Origin: Mobula hypostoma
Lineage: Eukaryota
DNA length: 64,000 nt
Direction of reading: 5' to 3'
NCBI RefSeq assembly: GCF_963921235.1
Contig: NC_086109.1
Location: forward strand, 2,296,001 to 2,360,000
Under the pieces are notes generated by a model. It was not told the origin of the DNA. It did not search any database and saw only the letters and a list, made by a program, of their open reading frames with translations. Within the stretch, counting starts at the first letter, position 1, and every line of letters begins with the position of its first letter. The translations under genes were made by a program, and so were the position numbers. Below, piece by piece: positions 1 through 11,810 of this stretch.

Positions 1-62
1 ACTTCTTTCCAGAGATGCTGCCTGTCCTGCTGCGTTCACCAGCAACTTTTATGTGTGTTGCT
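1..62 (+). mobile_element. 3' tail of a Penelope-like element, cut by the window edge
   Basis: agagatgctgcctgtcctgctgcgttcaccagcaacttttatgtgtgttgc matches the PLE tail at 15376-15427. Confidence 0.8.
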
Positions 63-304
63 TTAAGAAGAAATGTCGTTTCAATAGAAAAAGTTTCTCC
101 CATTTTTCGGTGTCTTGTCCTTATTGCCATTAAACAATACGAGAGGGAAGAGCAGACTGTATCGACAGCTATACAATAAACTGGCGCGGGAGCACTTGGG
201 AGAGAGTGACAACACCTTTTAACCTTTACAATAGCCTTGGACAGTGATAAGAGCAGACCTTCCCCTTTATGAATTTAAAGAAATCTTTGATAATGAACTC
301 ATGA

Positions 305-598
305 TGTTCAGACCGAATTAGGTTTTTGTCACACAGGAAAGAAATTTTTTGGCCAGAGGGTGGTGAATCTATGGAATTTGTTGCCACGGGCAGCAGTGGA
401 GGCCAAGTAATTGGGTGCATTTAAGGCAGAGATTGATAGATATCTGAGTAGTCAGGGCATCAAAGGCTATGGTGAGAAGGCGGGGGAGTGGGACTAAATG
501 GGAGAATGGATCAGCTCATGATAAAATGGCGGAGCAGACTCGATGGGCCGAATGGCCGACTTCTGCTCCTTTGTCTTATGGTCTTATGGTCTTATGAT
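305..598 (+). mobile_element. CR1 LINE 3' end
   Basis: Reads FFxQRVVNLWN-like (cagagggtggtgaatctatggaat), then the CR1 3'UTR core gatgggccgaatggcc and a (gtcttatg)n tail. Confidence 0.8.
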
Positions 599-1009
599 GA
601 TCTCACGCGGACGGTAAACCTCCAGCGCCGCCAACTTGCAGGTGCAGAATCCCGGAAGCATCCGACCACAGTCCAACTCCGAGCTCGTCCAAAAAACTCC
701 GAGCCTCCGACCACCTATTCGACACCGAGCACCGAACACCTTCTCTGCGCAGCGCTTCAACCCCGGCAAAGCCAAGGATTCGGGGCCTTCGGCTTCGGAG
801 ATTTTCGATCGCACAGTAACAGCGGCAGCGAAGCAGGCATTTCAGAAGTTACTCCAAATGTTCCTCTGCGCTTCTCACGGCTGTCTCCATCAAATCCGGA
901 TTGTGCACGGCCTCGAGTTTCACATATCGATATCCATTCGGAACGGCCGCGCGCGCTGCGTCGCGCCGCCATCTTCTCCTCCCTCCCTTAAAACTCTAAG
1001 TGCACCTTA

Positions 1010-1625
1010 AAACTTTAAGTGCAAGTTAAAAAGAATTGATCCCAAAGCAGACCCCTGTAGAACATATTTGTCAACGACAGCCAGCAAGAAAAGGGTCTCT
1101 TTATTCGCACTCTTTGTCTCTTGCAGATCAGCCAATGCTTTGTCCATGCTAGAATCTTTCCTATTATACTGTGGACTTGCAACGTGTTAAGCAGCCTTGT
1201 CAAAGACCTTCTGAAAGACCAACTACACAACATCAACCGAATCTCCTTTGTCTAACATTGCTGTTTCTTCAAAAATTTGTCAGGGAAGATTTCCTTGAGG
1301 AAACCATGCTGATTACGACCTATCTTATCACGTGCCTCCAAGTACCCTGAGACCTCATCCTTAATAATCCACTCCAACATCCTCCCTACCACTGAGGTAC
1401 GAGTAACTGACCGAAAGTTTCCTTTCTTCTGCCTTCCCCCTTCTTGAAGATTGCAGTGACATTTGCAATTTTTCAGTTTTTACAAAATCTAGTGATTCTT
1501 GGACGGTCATTAGTAATGCCTCCAGAATCTCTTCAGCCACCTCTTTCAGAACTCTGGGGTGTTCACCTCCTGACCCAGGTGACCTATCAGTTCCTCAAGA
1601 ACCGTCTTTCTAGTTCATTGCCTAG
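1010..1625 (-). mobile_element. Degraded CR1 reverse-transcriptase fragment
   Basis: Remnants read like SIIGKILAWTKHWL and QHGF; colinear with the better preserved CR1 at 22000-22620. Confidence 0.7.
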
Positions 1626-3184
1626 TAACGAGCAGACCTTAGTTAATTTCACCTTACGTGAATGTGCTCGCCCCGCTGGCACTGAGTAATTAATACCAAG
1701 GCAACATTTTGGTTGGATTGCCTGTTGTGTTATCTGTGTAATTCCATTCGCACCATTGCAGCAGTTATGTTGGGTAACGTAATGGAATATGTTTACCAAG
1801 ATTCTGTCCAGAATAGTGGGTATTATCTACAAGGAGAATCTGGATGAACTTGTTTGATTTCTCTTCCCTTCGAAGAGGGAAGCTAATAGAAACTTATAAA
1901 ACGATGAGAGTCATAGATAAGTTAGACTGCCCACAATTTTCTTCTCTGGATAAAATTGTAATATAGTAGAGAACATAAGGTGAGAGACGTGTAAGTTTGA
2001 AGTTCAGAGTTCAAAGTTAATTTATTATCGGAGTATGTGTTACCACGTACTAACTAGAGAATTATTTTCCTTGCAGACAGTTACTAAAAAGCAGAAATAC
2101 GAAAAATTGTAAAATTTTACGGAAAAAAAACAACCTACATGGAAAAGAAGAGAGATCAAATAAACATGATGCGGAGAACACGAGGAGTAAACAGATTTTG
2201 AAAGTCACTCTATAGTTCGTAGAATCAAGTTCAGAATAATAGTGAACTTATGTAGGCAGTCTAGATAAAAGTCGGGTACTGCTCTAGAACTTGGTGGTGT
2301 GGGATCTACGATACCGCTTCCATTACCATTACCACATCTCTATTACCATTAGTACAGGTTACTGTAGAGTGTAGAATGTATAATCCGTAACTGGCCCGCA
2401 TGGTTGCTGCCTTTGAAGAAGGATGCTGCTTTCTTCAGTCACTTACTGCCGTGGAGGGCTATGCCTATGTTATTTCGGTTGCATTCAACATTCTTCGGGT
2501 GTGTTTCAGTTCCAGGGCGTTGGCCAGTTTTTTATTAATCCCAAACCATGATCTTACCAATTTGTATACTCTCCACATTACAAGCGATTGAAAAAAAAAT
2601 CATGAGTGTTGCAAAGTCCTTCAGCCCCACCGTGGGCGCTAGTCTCCACACCATCGAGGACATCCTCAAAACAAATAGCCTCAAAAAGGCCGAATTCATC
2701 ATTAAGGATGGCTTTAATCCATGACATGCATTCGTCTCCTTACAACCATCAGAGGGTAGGTACGAATAAGAGTCTATAGCTTCGGGTTATCTACAGGCCA
2801 CAGCGATAAACCATTTGACGGGCGACAGAAAAGAAAGCCGGTGCAACACAGCTGGGAGAACAATAGTGGGTGTCGAGGCGTGTGAAATGCCTGCATGTCA
2901 AAAATCACTTTAGCAACTTCCCCAGACCGTGACACGACGGGTTTGGACTGGGTGTACGGCACAGTTCCCCATTTGCGCTCCTCTGGTCTGGGATAGGTTT
3001 GCACTTTCAGCAACAGCTCTAAACACCGGATGAATAGACAAGGTTTTCAGAAAACTCTCTCCAATTCTCTCCTTGCAAGCTTCCACTAGCCTCCTCACAA
3101 CTGGAGTATTTGTTTCCAGAAGAACTGAATCTTCCCCCTTCTAAAACGGGTCCGAACTGAGCAGCACTAACGTATGAAGGCGCT

Positions 3185-3500
3185 CCGGGCTTTGAGGAGA
3201 ATTATGTCATTGACGCGGGGGCCGATGGCGTAGCGCGTGGGTGGTGGGTGGATGAGGTGAGGGCAGTCATGCGTGAAATGGAAGTTGGTGGAGGAAGGAA
3301 AGCCCGTTTCTTTGAAGGAGGAGGACATCTCATTTGTTCTGAGATGTAAAACCTCATCCTGAAAGCATATGCGGCGGATTCGGAGGAATTGAGACAAGGG
3401 ATGACATTTTTATAATTGACGGTGTGGGAAGAGGAAAAGTCCAGGTAGCTGGGAGAAACAATGGAAACAGAAGCAGGAAAGTGGAACCACTAAAGTTGAT
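3185..3500 (-). mobile_element. Old Penelope-like RT/thumb fragment
   Basis: ORF 3167..3397 SQFLRIRRICFQDEVLHLRTNEMSSSFKETGFPSST aligns with SQFLRLRCICSQDEAFHSRTREISSFFKERGFLSST of the younger PLE. Confidence 0.8.
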
Positions 3501-3529
3501 TGGAAAGAGACAGGGATTCCGACAGGACT

Positions 3530-3852
3530 GAACATGAGACCATAAGGCACAGCAGCCTGCTCCGCCATTCACTCATAGCTAATCCCCTTTTCTGCTCCTC
3601 TGCCCCACTCCCCGGCCTTGTCCCCGTAACCTTGGATGCCGTGACCAATTACGAACCTGTCAATCTCCGCCTTAATTACATTCAACGACCTAGCCTCTAC
3701 AACTGCGCATGGTAACTTCCACAAATTTACTAGCCGCTAGCGAAAGAAATTTCTCCGCACCTCCGTTTTAAAAAGACGCCTCTCTATTCTGAAGCTGTGC
3801 CCCCTTGTCCTAGACTCCCCCAGCATGAGAAACGTCCGTTCCACATCTATTC
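3530..3852 (-). mobile_element. CR1 LINE 3' fragment
   Basis: Reverse complement resembles the other CR1 3' ends here (GESRTRGHS..FSxRVVNLW region and 3'UTR). Confidence 0.65.
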
Positions 3853-3970
3853 ACTTACATGGTGAGAGACAGAAACAGTAAGTTGCAGAGCTTCAAAACT
3901 TAACAAAAAATCTATACCTGTACTGAATATCTGCTATAAAGTTGGGAAAGAATGTAATGGGGTTTGCGTT

Positions 3971-4845
3971 TTATTTACAGAGGTGCCCATTTAGTGTAAA
4001 CAGATATTTCAATCCATTCTTCAGCTCCTCCCTGAATTTCCTCTGTGTCAGTCCGTAGATACACGTATTGGTGCAGGAGCTGAGGAGCTGCAACATAAAC
4101 CCAGACTGTTGGAAAATATATATCGGTGAACTGTAATACTTGTCTGTGTAAGTATAATTTTCTGCTTGCCAGTTCGAAGAATGTATAACGTAAGGCATGC
4201 ACAGTAAGATGAAATTAGCTGACAGAGCAAACAACAAAATCATTGACTTCCTCCGGTTCCCTACCTCTGGATCCTTCTGATTCTCGCTGCTGTTCCGCAA
4301 TCTCCGCCGGACTCTATTCGCTGCAACAATATGTCTGATGGTTAAAGCGTTGAAGAGTAGAATAAAACAGATTGGTAATAACGGGGTCAAAATACTATCA
4401 AATAACTCGTAGCCTCTCCACATGGCTGATGTAAAGTAATCTGCTCTGGGAACGCAGTGCGTTGGGTCAACTGCAAAATAAAATGGAAAAGATTGAGCAA
4501 AGCTCACAACACCGACAGTTACTATCACCACGGTCGCTGTTCTCTCTGTGCAATACCTCTCCCGCAGTTTTTGACAGCAGATGGCGATGTAGCGATCGAA
4601 AGTGAAAGCAACCGTCCACCAGACGGAACAATCCATGGATGCAATCCCCAAGACAAGTGTCACAGAACATACAGGCGTTACAAGCAAGAAATTAGCAAAC
4701 AGGTGGATATAGTTAATCTTCTCCAATACAACAGCAAAGATGACGACCATCAGATCCGCTGCAGCCATGGCCACCAGGTAGTAAGTGCTGCATTTTGAGA
4801 GACCGCACTTTCCCCGGGACAGGATCACCATCGCCGTTAAATTAA
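3971..4845 (-). CDS. GPR139/GPR142-like class A GPCR gene A, coding exon 2
   Basis: 875 nt after the acceptor ttttttttgcAG (4847-4846). Hydrophobic TM segments, LSRGKCGL..YLVAMAAADL, FTFDRY, TPLLP, CTNTCIY. Joins exon 1 in phase 1 to give 317 aa. Confidence 0.92.
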
Positions 4846-5747
4846 CTGCAAAAAAAAAACGTAAATATTCTTTAAATTCCAAACAGACTTATCTTAATCC
4901 CAGTAAATTAATTTGCGTGATAAAAGTAATCTTCCGGATTAGGATGCTTTCAGATTTCGCACTCGGGTACCAGAGACGGTCCACCGACTGCGAGCGGGGA
5001 TGGATAGCCGACCAGACATTCACTCCGTCAGCGACGTAATTAAAGACGAGACTGATCCTACAACCTGATCAAACAAACACGCTTCATAGAACCGGCGATA
5101 GGGAAAACGAACGACATGCTCGGGTTTCCAGAAGGACAAGACTCCGTCTAGCGGTTCCTTACAGTCCGAACACTCTGAGGAGATACCCATTTTAATAGGG
5201 TTGGCGATTTGCGACGAACGAAATAAGCAACGCGCTGCTTTGTGTTATTTTGATTTCACTTGTCATGATCTTACTTCAGCTGGCCCGCAAAGGTGGAGCA
5301 TAGAAATAGGGCCTGCCTTCCCACCTTGTCCTGGCCGGTTGCAATTCCTATCTGTACTGATCCTATTAACTCCCGTATGGCGGTATTCCGCTGCACATTC
5401 CTCGCCCCACTGCTTGCCGAACATTATAATGGTTTTTGCCACCATTGCGTTCTCTGGCAGCTCCTTCAATTCTGCATGCAAAACTTCCCTTCATATCGCT
5501 TTTATATTCAGATTCATCCATCTATCGCAAGTAAATCGACACAGGGAGAAATATGCTCTTTCCAATAACACCTGACACTAAACTACGGATTTGCGGCGAG
5601 CAGTCCGCAAGCATCCCACAGATTTCCATCATCAGCACTGCATGTCCACAATATCCAGCGGGACAACAGTAAGATACAATAAAACAACAAAACAACCTCC
5701 TTACCTCCATCTCATCCAGCAACCCCACCCCCCCATCTCTCTCTCTT

Positions 5748-5763
5748 ACACACACACGCACAC

Positions 5764-5805
<42 letters not shown>

Positions 5806-5980
5806 ACACACACACACGCACTCACACGCACACGCACACACGCACACACACGCACACACACACACACACACACACTCACACACACACACACACACACGCA
5901 CACACACGCACACACACACACGCACACGCACACACACGCACACACACACACACACACACACGCACACACACGCACACACA
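5748..5980. repeat. (CA)n/(CACG) compound microsatellite in the gene A intron
   Basis: Directly visible, about 230 bp. Confidence 0.98.
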
Positions 5981-6964
5981 GTCCGCTAACCTCTATTTGA
6001 TTTGTGGACTATTCGGCCCTCAGACTTGCCGAATGGACTGGCAGACCCTATGGTTCGGCAACTGGGTGTCGAATTCTGGACTCGATATTCAGTATGGAGC
6101 CCAGGACTTAGCGGTGTCATCTTCCGAATATTGATGTATTCTCCAATATGGGCATATTCTTCCCTCAAGTACCCAGCCTTTACGGTTATCTCCGTGGTGA
6201 ATTCTTATTAGGACTATGCGTTTAGGAGCCTAATCTTTTTTTATTCAGGCTCCATGAATAGACTAATCCTTCAGTATCAGAGGGGATATAAAATCAATAT
6301 TCTCGGAATCTTGCAATTTCCACAGGCTAAGTAACCTCGTAGAACACTTTCCTACCTATATTTTCTTAACTTTTCTCCTATAGCCCGTCAGCGCATTATT
6401 CGATAGTGATTCCCTGCACCTCAAACCTCCCCGTTGCTTCTTCGGGATGGACTTCCTGAATCTGGAGGCTTACAATCACAACTGAAAGCGGGTACGTCAA
6501 ATTACCATTACTCCACCCTCCAGCAGACATTCAGATCCTGCTTTCCACTGCCGAAATCCGGCCTTCCTTTCGTTAAGGCTCTTGCCGAAGGACAAGCGGG
6601 ACAGATAATGTGGTCACAAACTAGCGCCTGTGCGTTTTTGTTTTGCCGTACATAAATATCTCTAAGAAATAAGCATCACTAATTGAAAACAAATCTTATA
6701 TTTTTAATTATGGGATGTACTAAATGCGTAATTAATATAAATATGTAAAATTATTGAAGATTTGAGGCGAAGCCACATAAGCAACTAGTACTTCATGGTA
6801 GCAATATTAACATTAAAAAGAAGGTAAACAGCATGTTTCTCTTTGCAATGCTCACTAACTAAACTGTTAGACTGAATAGTGCAACTGGACTGCAAGAGCC
6901 GACTACAGCCCATGGCAGCAAACGCATAAAAAAACAGCCGCGGACATCGGAGTCAGTACTTTAC

Positions 6965-7043
6965 CAGGAATAGCGACTGCTGCAAGCACAGGGTAGTAAA
7001 TTAGGACAACGTAGTAAATTGATGGATATTGCATTTTCCACAT
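6965..7043 (-). CDS. GPR139-like GPCR gene A, coding exon 1
   Basis: MWKMQYPSIYYVVLIYYPVLAAVAIP then G|GTAAAG donor at 6964. 79 nt, phase 1, completes TM1 (..VAIP-V-NLTAMVIL). The ATG at 7034 is an alternative start. Confidence 0.88.
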
Positions 7044-7103
7044 GGAACAGCGAGCAGACGACAGATGTGTTCCAAATGCCCACATTTGCTGATTTGAAGA
7101 GCA

Positions 7104-7138
7104 CTTATACACCAGGGGAAGGTCCATTAATCTAATTA
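7104..7138 (-). promoter_or_regulatory. Putative core promoter of GPCR gene A
   Basis: TATAAG at 7109-7104, about 60 nt upstream of the ATG, and a TAAT-CTA-ATTA homeodomain palindrome at 7128-7138. Confidence 0.5.
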
Positions 7139-8224
7139 GTTGCCAACTCTGTCACATTAGCCCCAAACCACTGAACAAACATTTAAGATACACGACTTTT
7201 ATTCATCGTACCATTGAGTAAAATATTGAACCCTTTGGAGAATTTGCAGGCAATTGTTTTAATGACTGGGGAGATTTCCAAAGGATCAGCTTTCAAGTTA
7301 TACTGTGCACGAATGTTGAGCAGCACGAACAATTCGTTGGGTCGTTGTACTCTTTTTCTCATATGACATATGTTACCCCATTCAAACATTTGTAGGCTAT
7401 AAATTTGGTGGCATTACACACGACTGTAAAATAAAATTAGCTTGGTTGCTGCGACAAAATGTGCTTTACGCGGATTAGTTAGCCACTTGCCTGCCTTCTG
7501 TGAAGCTTCCTTTCTGGAAGCGACAGCCAGTGACGAAGGAGACACTAGATGACAGAAATCGTTGCATCCAATTACGCAGCATAAACTTGACTGGTCCAAA
7601 TCAATGTCATCCTACCCTGTGTTTCCACGTGATAACATTGCAGAAGGCCGGCTACAGTTTGTACACAGGATGGTTGTTGTAGTGAGCTGTGTGTGATGTT
7701 TTCCTAAGAGGCTGTCTATTGATGGGTCCTTAGATGGCTGTAGAGACCGATCTGGGATCCAGAAATTCTGGTGTAAAGTGGGCAGGAGTTTGTGGTGGCT
7801 GCGCTCACTACTTGGATATTTTGCTTTTTTTTCATTCTCGCTACTCGCAGCTGTCATTTGCTCTCTGCAGCACACCGGAGATCTTTCTCAGGTTCCACAA
7901 CTCCCCCTTGAACAGATTTCCTCCAGGTGTTTCTCCTGAGTAAAGTATAGTTTTATAATACAATGCTAAATTTCTTCATGCTGTTTTGATGGTAACTTTG
8001 AAACTCTTCATTTACTCTCCATGGGCTCGCTAACCTTCCTACAATGGGAATTAAGAATCCGTGTGTTTTGGGAGCCGTGAATTAGGCATCCGGAACTTGT
8101 TCTATCCAAACACTTTGTGGTGGCGTTGCTGTTCACGTTCGCGTCCTCCAGTACTCTGGGGTTAGACCGTATTTACAGCATGATAATACCGCATGACGGT
8201 AAAGACGTATTTCATTCTAAACAT

Positions 8225-8512
8225 CAAAACATAGAAAACCTAGAGCACAATACAGGCCCTTCCGTCAACAACGCCGTGCCGAAAATGTACTTACTTTAGA
8301 AATTACCTAGGGTTACCAATAGCCCTCTATTTTTCTAAGCTCCATGTACCTATCCAGGAGTCTCTTATAATACCCTATTGTATCCGCCTCCACCACAGTC
8401 GCCGGCAGCCCATTCCACGGACTCACCATTCTCTGCGTAAAAAAACTTACCACTGATATCTCCTCTGTACCTACTTCCAAGGTCCTTAAAACTGTGCCCC
8501 CTGGTGCTTCCT
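8225..8512 (-). mobile_element. CR1 LINE 3' end
   Basis: TRGHSFKxLGSRYRGD tract and a catagaa tail; same subfamily as 59800-60218. Confidence 0.8.
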
Positions 8513-8519
8513 ACCTTTG

Positions 8520-8850
8520 GTTGACCGCATAGAAGCCGCTGTGGTCGAACGCGCCACCAACTTACGGGCTGGTCAGCGTATCTCAGAAATTGCTGATCAT
8601 TCGGGAAATTCACAGAAACAGACTTCAGAGTTTTCAGACAATAATACAAATAATTTAGTGAGCAGCAGATCTGTGGGTGAAAATACTTTGTTAATGAAAG
8701 AGGTCAGAGGACAATGGTCAGACTGCTTCAAGCTGACGGGAAAATGGCGGTAAGACAAATAACCACACGGAACAACAGTGGCGTGCATTCACTGAATGTA
8801 CAACGTATCGAAATTTGAGGTGGATGGGATACGTAGCAAAAGACCCCGAA
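8520..8850 (+). mobile_element. Degraded Tc1/mariner transposase N-terminal (HTH) fragment
   Basis: Frameshifted remnants read RAGQRISEIAD..., LVNERGQRTMVRLLQAD, QITT and LRWMGY..KRP, typical of fish Tc1 transposases. Confidence 0.7.
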
Positions 8851-9254
8851 CCTTCATGCATGATTTCGGGTGCGGTGAGCGAACACTCGGGAGAGTAACT
8901 ATCGTAATGAAAACTCGCAAAGCAAGGAGAAAAACAATCATATAATCGATCAGCAGGTGTTTCCCTAATTTTGTGTTGTAAATAGTTGGTTAGGAGTAAA
9001 AATCAATTGTTACCTACGTGTCAACAGGAGCGTGGGCATTAATACAAGAGAAATGTTGGCGTTTAGGACACGGTACTAGAACTTGCACCTGAGTCTTTAA
9101 TTGGGTGTAATGACGTGAGATTTTTGAACTTGATTATTAATTTACCTAATCAAAAGTATTGTTCAGGAGACAAAGGAAATCTCGACTGATAAAGCCGAAC
9201 TTCACCAGCGGATCGGTCGAAATCTACTGTACGCAGTGCACTCGGTACTGCCTC

Positions 9255-9500
9255 CTTAAAATTCGTGAGGCAAAACGTGGGTTTAGGGACCCGCTTTAGC
9301 GAGCAACTTCGCTCCATCCTCAAAATGCAAATTTCCCGGAGGCCAACATTTCATTTATAATCTCCTTTCTCATACCGACATGTCTATCCATGAAATTCTT
9401 TACTTCCACAATGAGGCCACTATCAGGCTGGGGGAACAAGCTGCATATTCCGACTGGGCAGCCTCTAACCTAATAAGATTAACCCCGATTTCCCATACTT
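9255..9500 (+). mobile_element. Old PLE GIY-YIG C-terminal fragment
   Basis: LGTRFSEQLRSI and MSIHEILYFHNEATIRLGEQ resemble the PLE end LGDRFAEHLRSV..MSIHGLLYCRDEATLSLEEQ. Confidence 0.7.
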
Positions 9501-9569
9501 CCTGTTATGTCTTCTCCTTTCCTCTTCTTCCTTTACATTCTGGAAAACGCAACAACGCCTCTACCTTCT

Positions 9570-9960
9570 GAAGAGGATGAAGAGAGTTTGACTATGCGTA
9601 TATATTCATGTCCTACAGATGCGCAGTGAGGGCATCCGAACATGCTGCATCACTGCAATAATATGGAAACCAAACAGTGGCGACAGGGAGGCTCTGCAAT
9701 GAGTAATTCATACTTCCCAACGGATCGCTGGCACCAGCCTAACCGGTATCGAGGACATGTTTTCAGAAAGATGCCAGAAAAGGGTCAGTAAGCTCCTGAA
9801 CGATCCGACACCCCCTGCGCGCGGACTACTTGTTCCACTTCTATCAGGGAAGAGGCTGCGTAACGTCCAGGACAGGGCCACCTGAATTTTAAAAAAATAT
9901 GTAACTTCCCTCAAGCAGTAAGTCTGATCAAACGTTCACCCAGTAACCTACCCCTCCACC
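9570..9960 (+). mobile_element. Degraded Rex1/Babar-like LINE 3' fragment
   Basis: Remnants of YRCAV..CITAxYGN, DPTPPARGLLVPLLSGKRLR. Confidence 0.55.
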
Positions 9961-10140
9961 ATATCCTGACAGTGTCACCTTATGAACAGACACCTTGTGT
10001 ACACATTATGTACATTCTGTTTTATTGCGGCTTCGCATCCATGATCAGGGGCTCCCACCACCACGTCGCGCTGTGTCTATGACCAAGAAGGTACAGTAGC
10101 TTCAGGAATTACACAACCAGGGACAGTTATTGCCCCTCAG

Positions 10141-10865
10141 CTGGAATCTTCTCCTGGTCTCAGATCTTAGCAAGCATGTCATCAATATGATTTAAAAGTC
10201 TGTGCACCTTCCTTGATGAATTCTGATGGAATTATGTCGGGCCCAGCGGCCTTGTTGTTCCTCAGTTTCTTGCAAGCTACTTTCACCTCTTTGATACAAG
10301 GTGGCTTACTCAATTCTCCTTCATCGGTTATTGTGAGGGCTGGTTGATGGCTTCAGTGTCACCGTTAAGTAGTTCCTGAAGGCTTTACTTCCATCGAGCG
10401 CTGATTGCACCGTTGTACCTCAGCAGCCTTTGTGTGTCCGCTTCACCTGTGACAGAAGATCTCCTGCCTGAATCCCAGTGTGGCTTGTGTCTAGTTAGAG
10501 GAACGTCTGACAGAAAACTCTCTAAGTTTATATGGACTTCATAAACCTCACAAAAGCCTTTGACTCTGTCCTGCTCTTTGGCAGATTCTGTCTAAAGCCG
10601 GAGAAATACCTCAAGAACCTGCAGCTCTTACACAATGCTATGAGTGCAGGAGTCATCTGCAACAGCAGCTCTGAAACAGCGCATTTCAAGGGTGAGACCG
10701 GGTCAAACAGGGGAGAAACATTGCTGTTTTCATTGAGACCATCTTATCCTCACAGGCCAAAACTTCGCACAAGGAGTTCGGATTCCCTACAGAACAGATG
10801 GGGGGCTGTTTAACCTTAACAGGTTCAAAGACAACATCAGCACCCACCCGAGGAAGTACCTCATC
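10141..10865. mobile_element. RTE-clade LINE fragment with inverted 5' part
   Basis: 10141-10425 reads KLRNNKAAGPDIIPSEFIKEG on minus; 10445-10865 reads EDLLPESQCG and FINLTKAFDSV on plus. Confidence 0.65.
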
Positions 10866-10927
10866 AAGTTGAATGGACGGGAGAAAGTAGATCAGCATAG
10901 GAAAAGCTGGGAAAGGTCTGTCATCGC

Positions 10928-10955
10928 TGATGATGATGATGATGATGATGATGAT
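10928..10955. repeat. (GAT)n microsatellite
   Basis: Directly visible. Confidence 0.95.
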
Positions 10956-11480
10956 TACCCCACAGTGGAAAACTTCATTCAATTTCACTTGCTCTGTCAC
11001 TAACTTGTCCCCACAAATTACAGACTCACTCTCAAGGACTCTCCAGATTATTTTTTATTATGTTGTTTCTTTCTTGTTGTATTTGCACAGATTGTTGTAT
11101 TTCTCACATTGTCTAAAAGTCCAAGTTGCTGTGGCCTTTCAATATTCGATTATAGTAATTATTCGAATATGTATTCATCGAGTATGCCCGAAACAAAGTG
11201 AATCTCAGTGCTGTATATGGTGACACATATGTACTTTGATAATCAATTTACTTTGAACTTTGAAGGACTGTGCCTAGCGTCACTTTATAAACATACAATA
11301 AAAACTATCTCTATAAGGTATCTTAAGTAGTTACACTCATAGTGTTTTTTTATCGTTGTGTTTTTTCTTATTGTGCTTTTGTGCGGCATTGGACCGGAGT
11401 AGCGATTATGTATTTCTCCCTACACACATCAAAGTTGCTGGTGAACGCAGCAGGCCAGGCAGCATCTATAGGAAGAGGCG

Positions 11481-11518
11481 CAGTCGACGTTTCAGACCGA
11501 GACCCTTCGTCAGGACTA
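11481..11518 (-). ncRNA. Minimal type I hammerhead ribozyme in PLE terminal repeat
   Basis: Reverse complement: TAGTC CTGACGA AGGGTCTCGGTCT GAAA CG TC GACTG. Intact CUGANGA/GAAA core, GUC triplet, stem I TAGTC/GACTG. Confidence 0.8.
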
Positions 11519-11810
11519 ACTGAAGGAAGAGTGAGTAAGGGATTTGAAAGTTGGAGGGGGAGGGGGAGATCCAAAATGATAAGAGAAGACAGGAGGGGGA
11601 GGGATAGAGCCAAGAGCTGGACAGGTGATAGGCAAAAGGGGATACTTGAGGATCATGGGACAGGAGGTCCGGGAAGAAAGACAAGGGGGGGGGACCCAGA
11701 GGATGGGCAAGAGGTATATTCAGAGGGACAGAGGGAGAAAAAGGAGAGTGAGAGAAAGAATGTGTGCATAAAAATGAGTAACAGATGGGGTACGAGGGGG
11801 AGGTGGGGCA

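Noticed and set aside
4846..4882. ORF-track start of the 303-aa GPCR ORF, and likewise 23479-23521 for gene B
   Set aside because: These are intronic polypyrimidine tracts; the real N-termini come from upstream exons that splice in frame.
5522..5989. His/Thr- and Val/Cys-rich ORFs
   Set aside because: Translations of the (CA)n microsatellite.
10930..11223. Poly-Met ORF
   Set aside because: Arises from the (GAT)n repeat running into a repeat tail.
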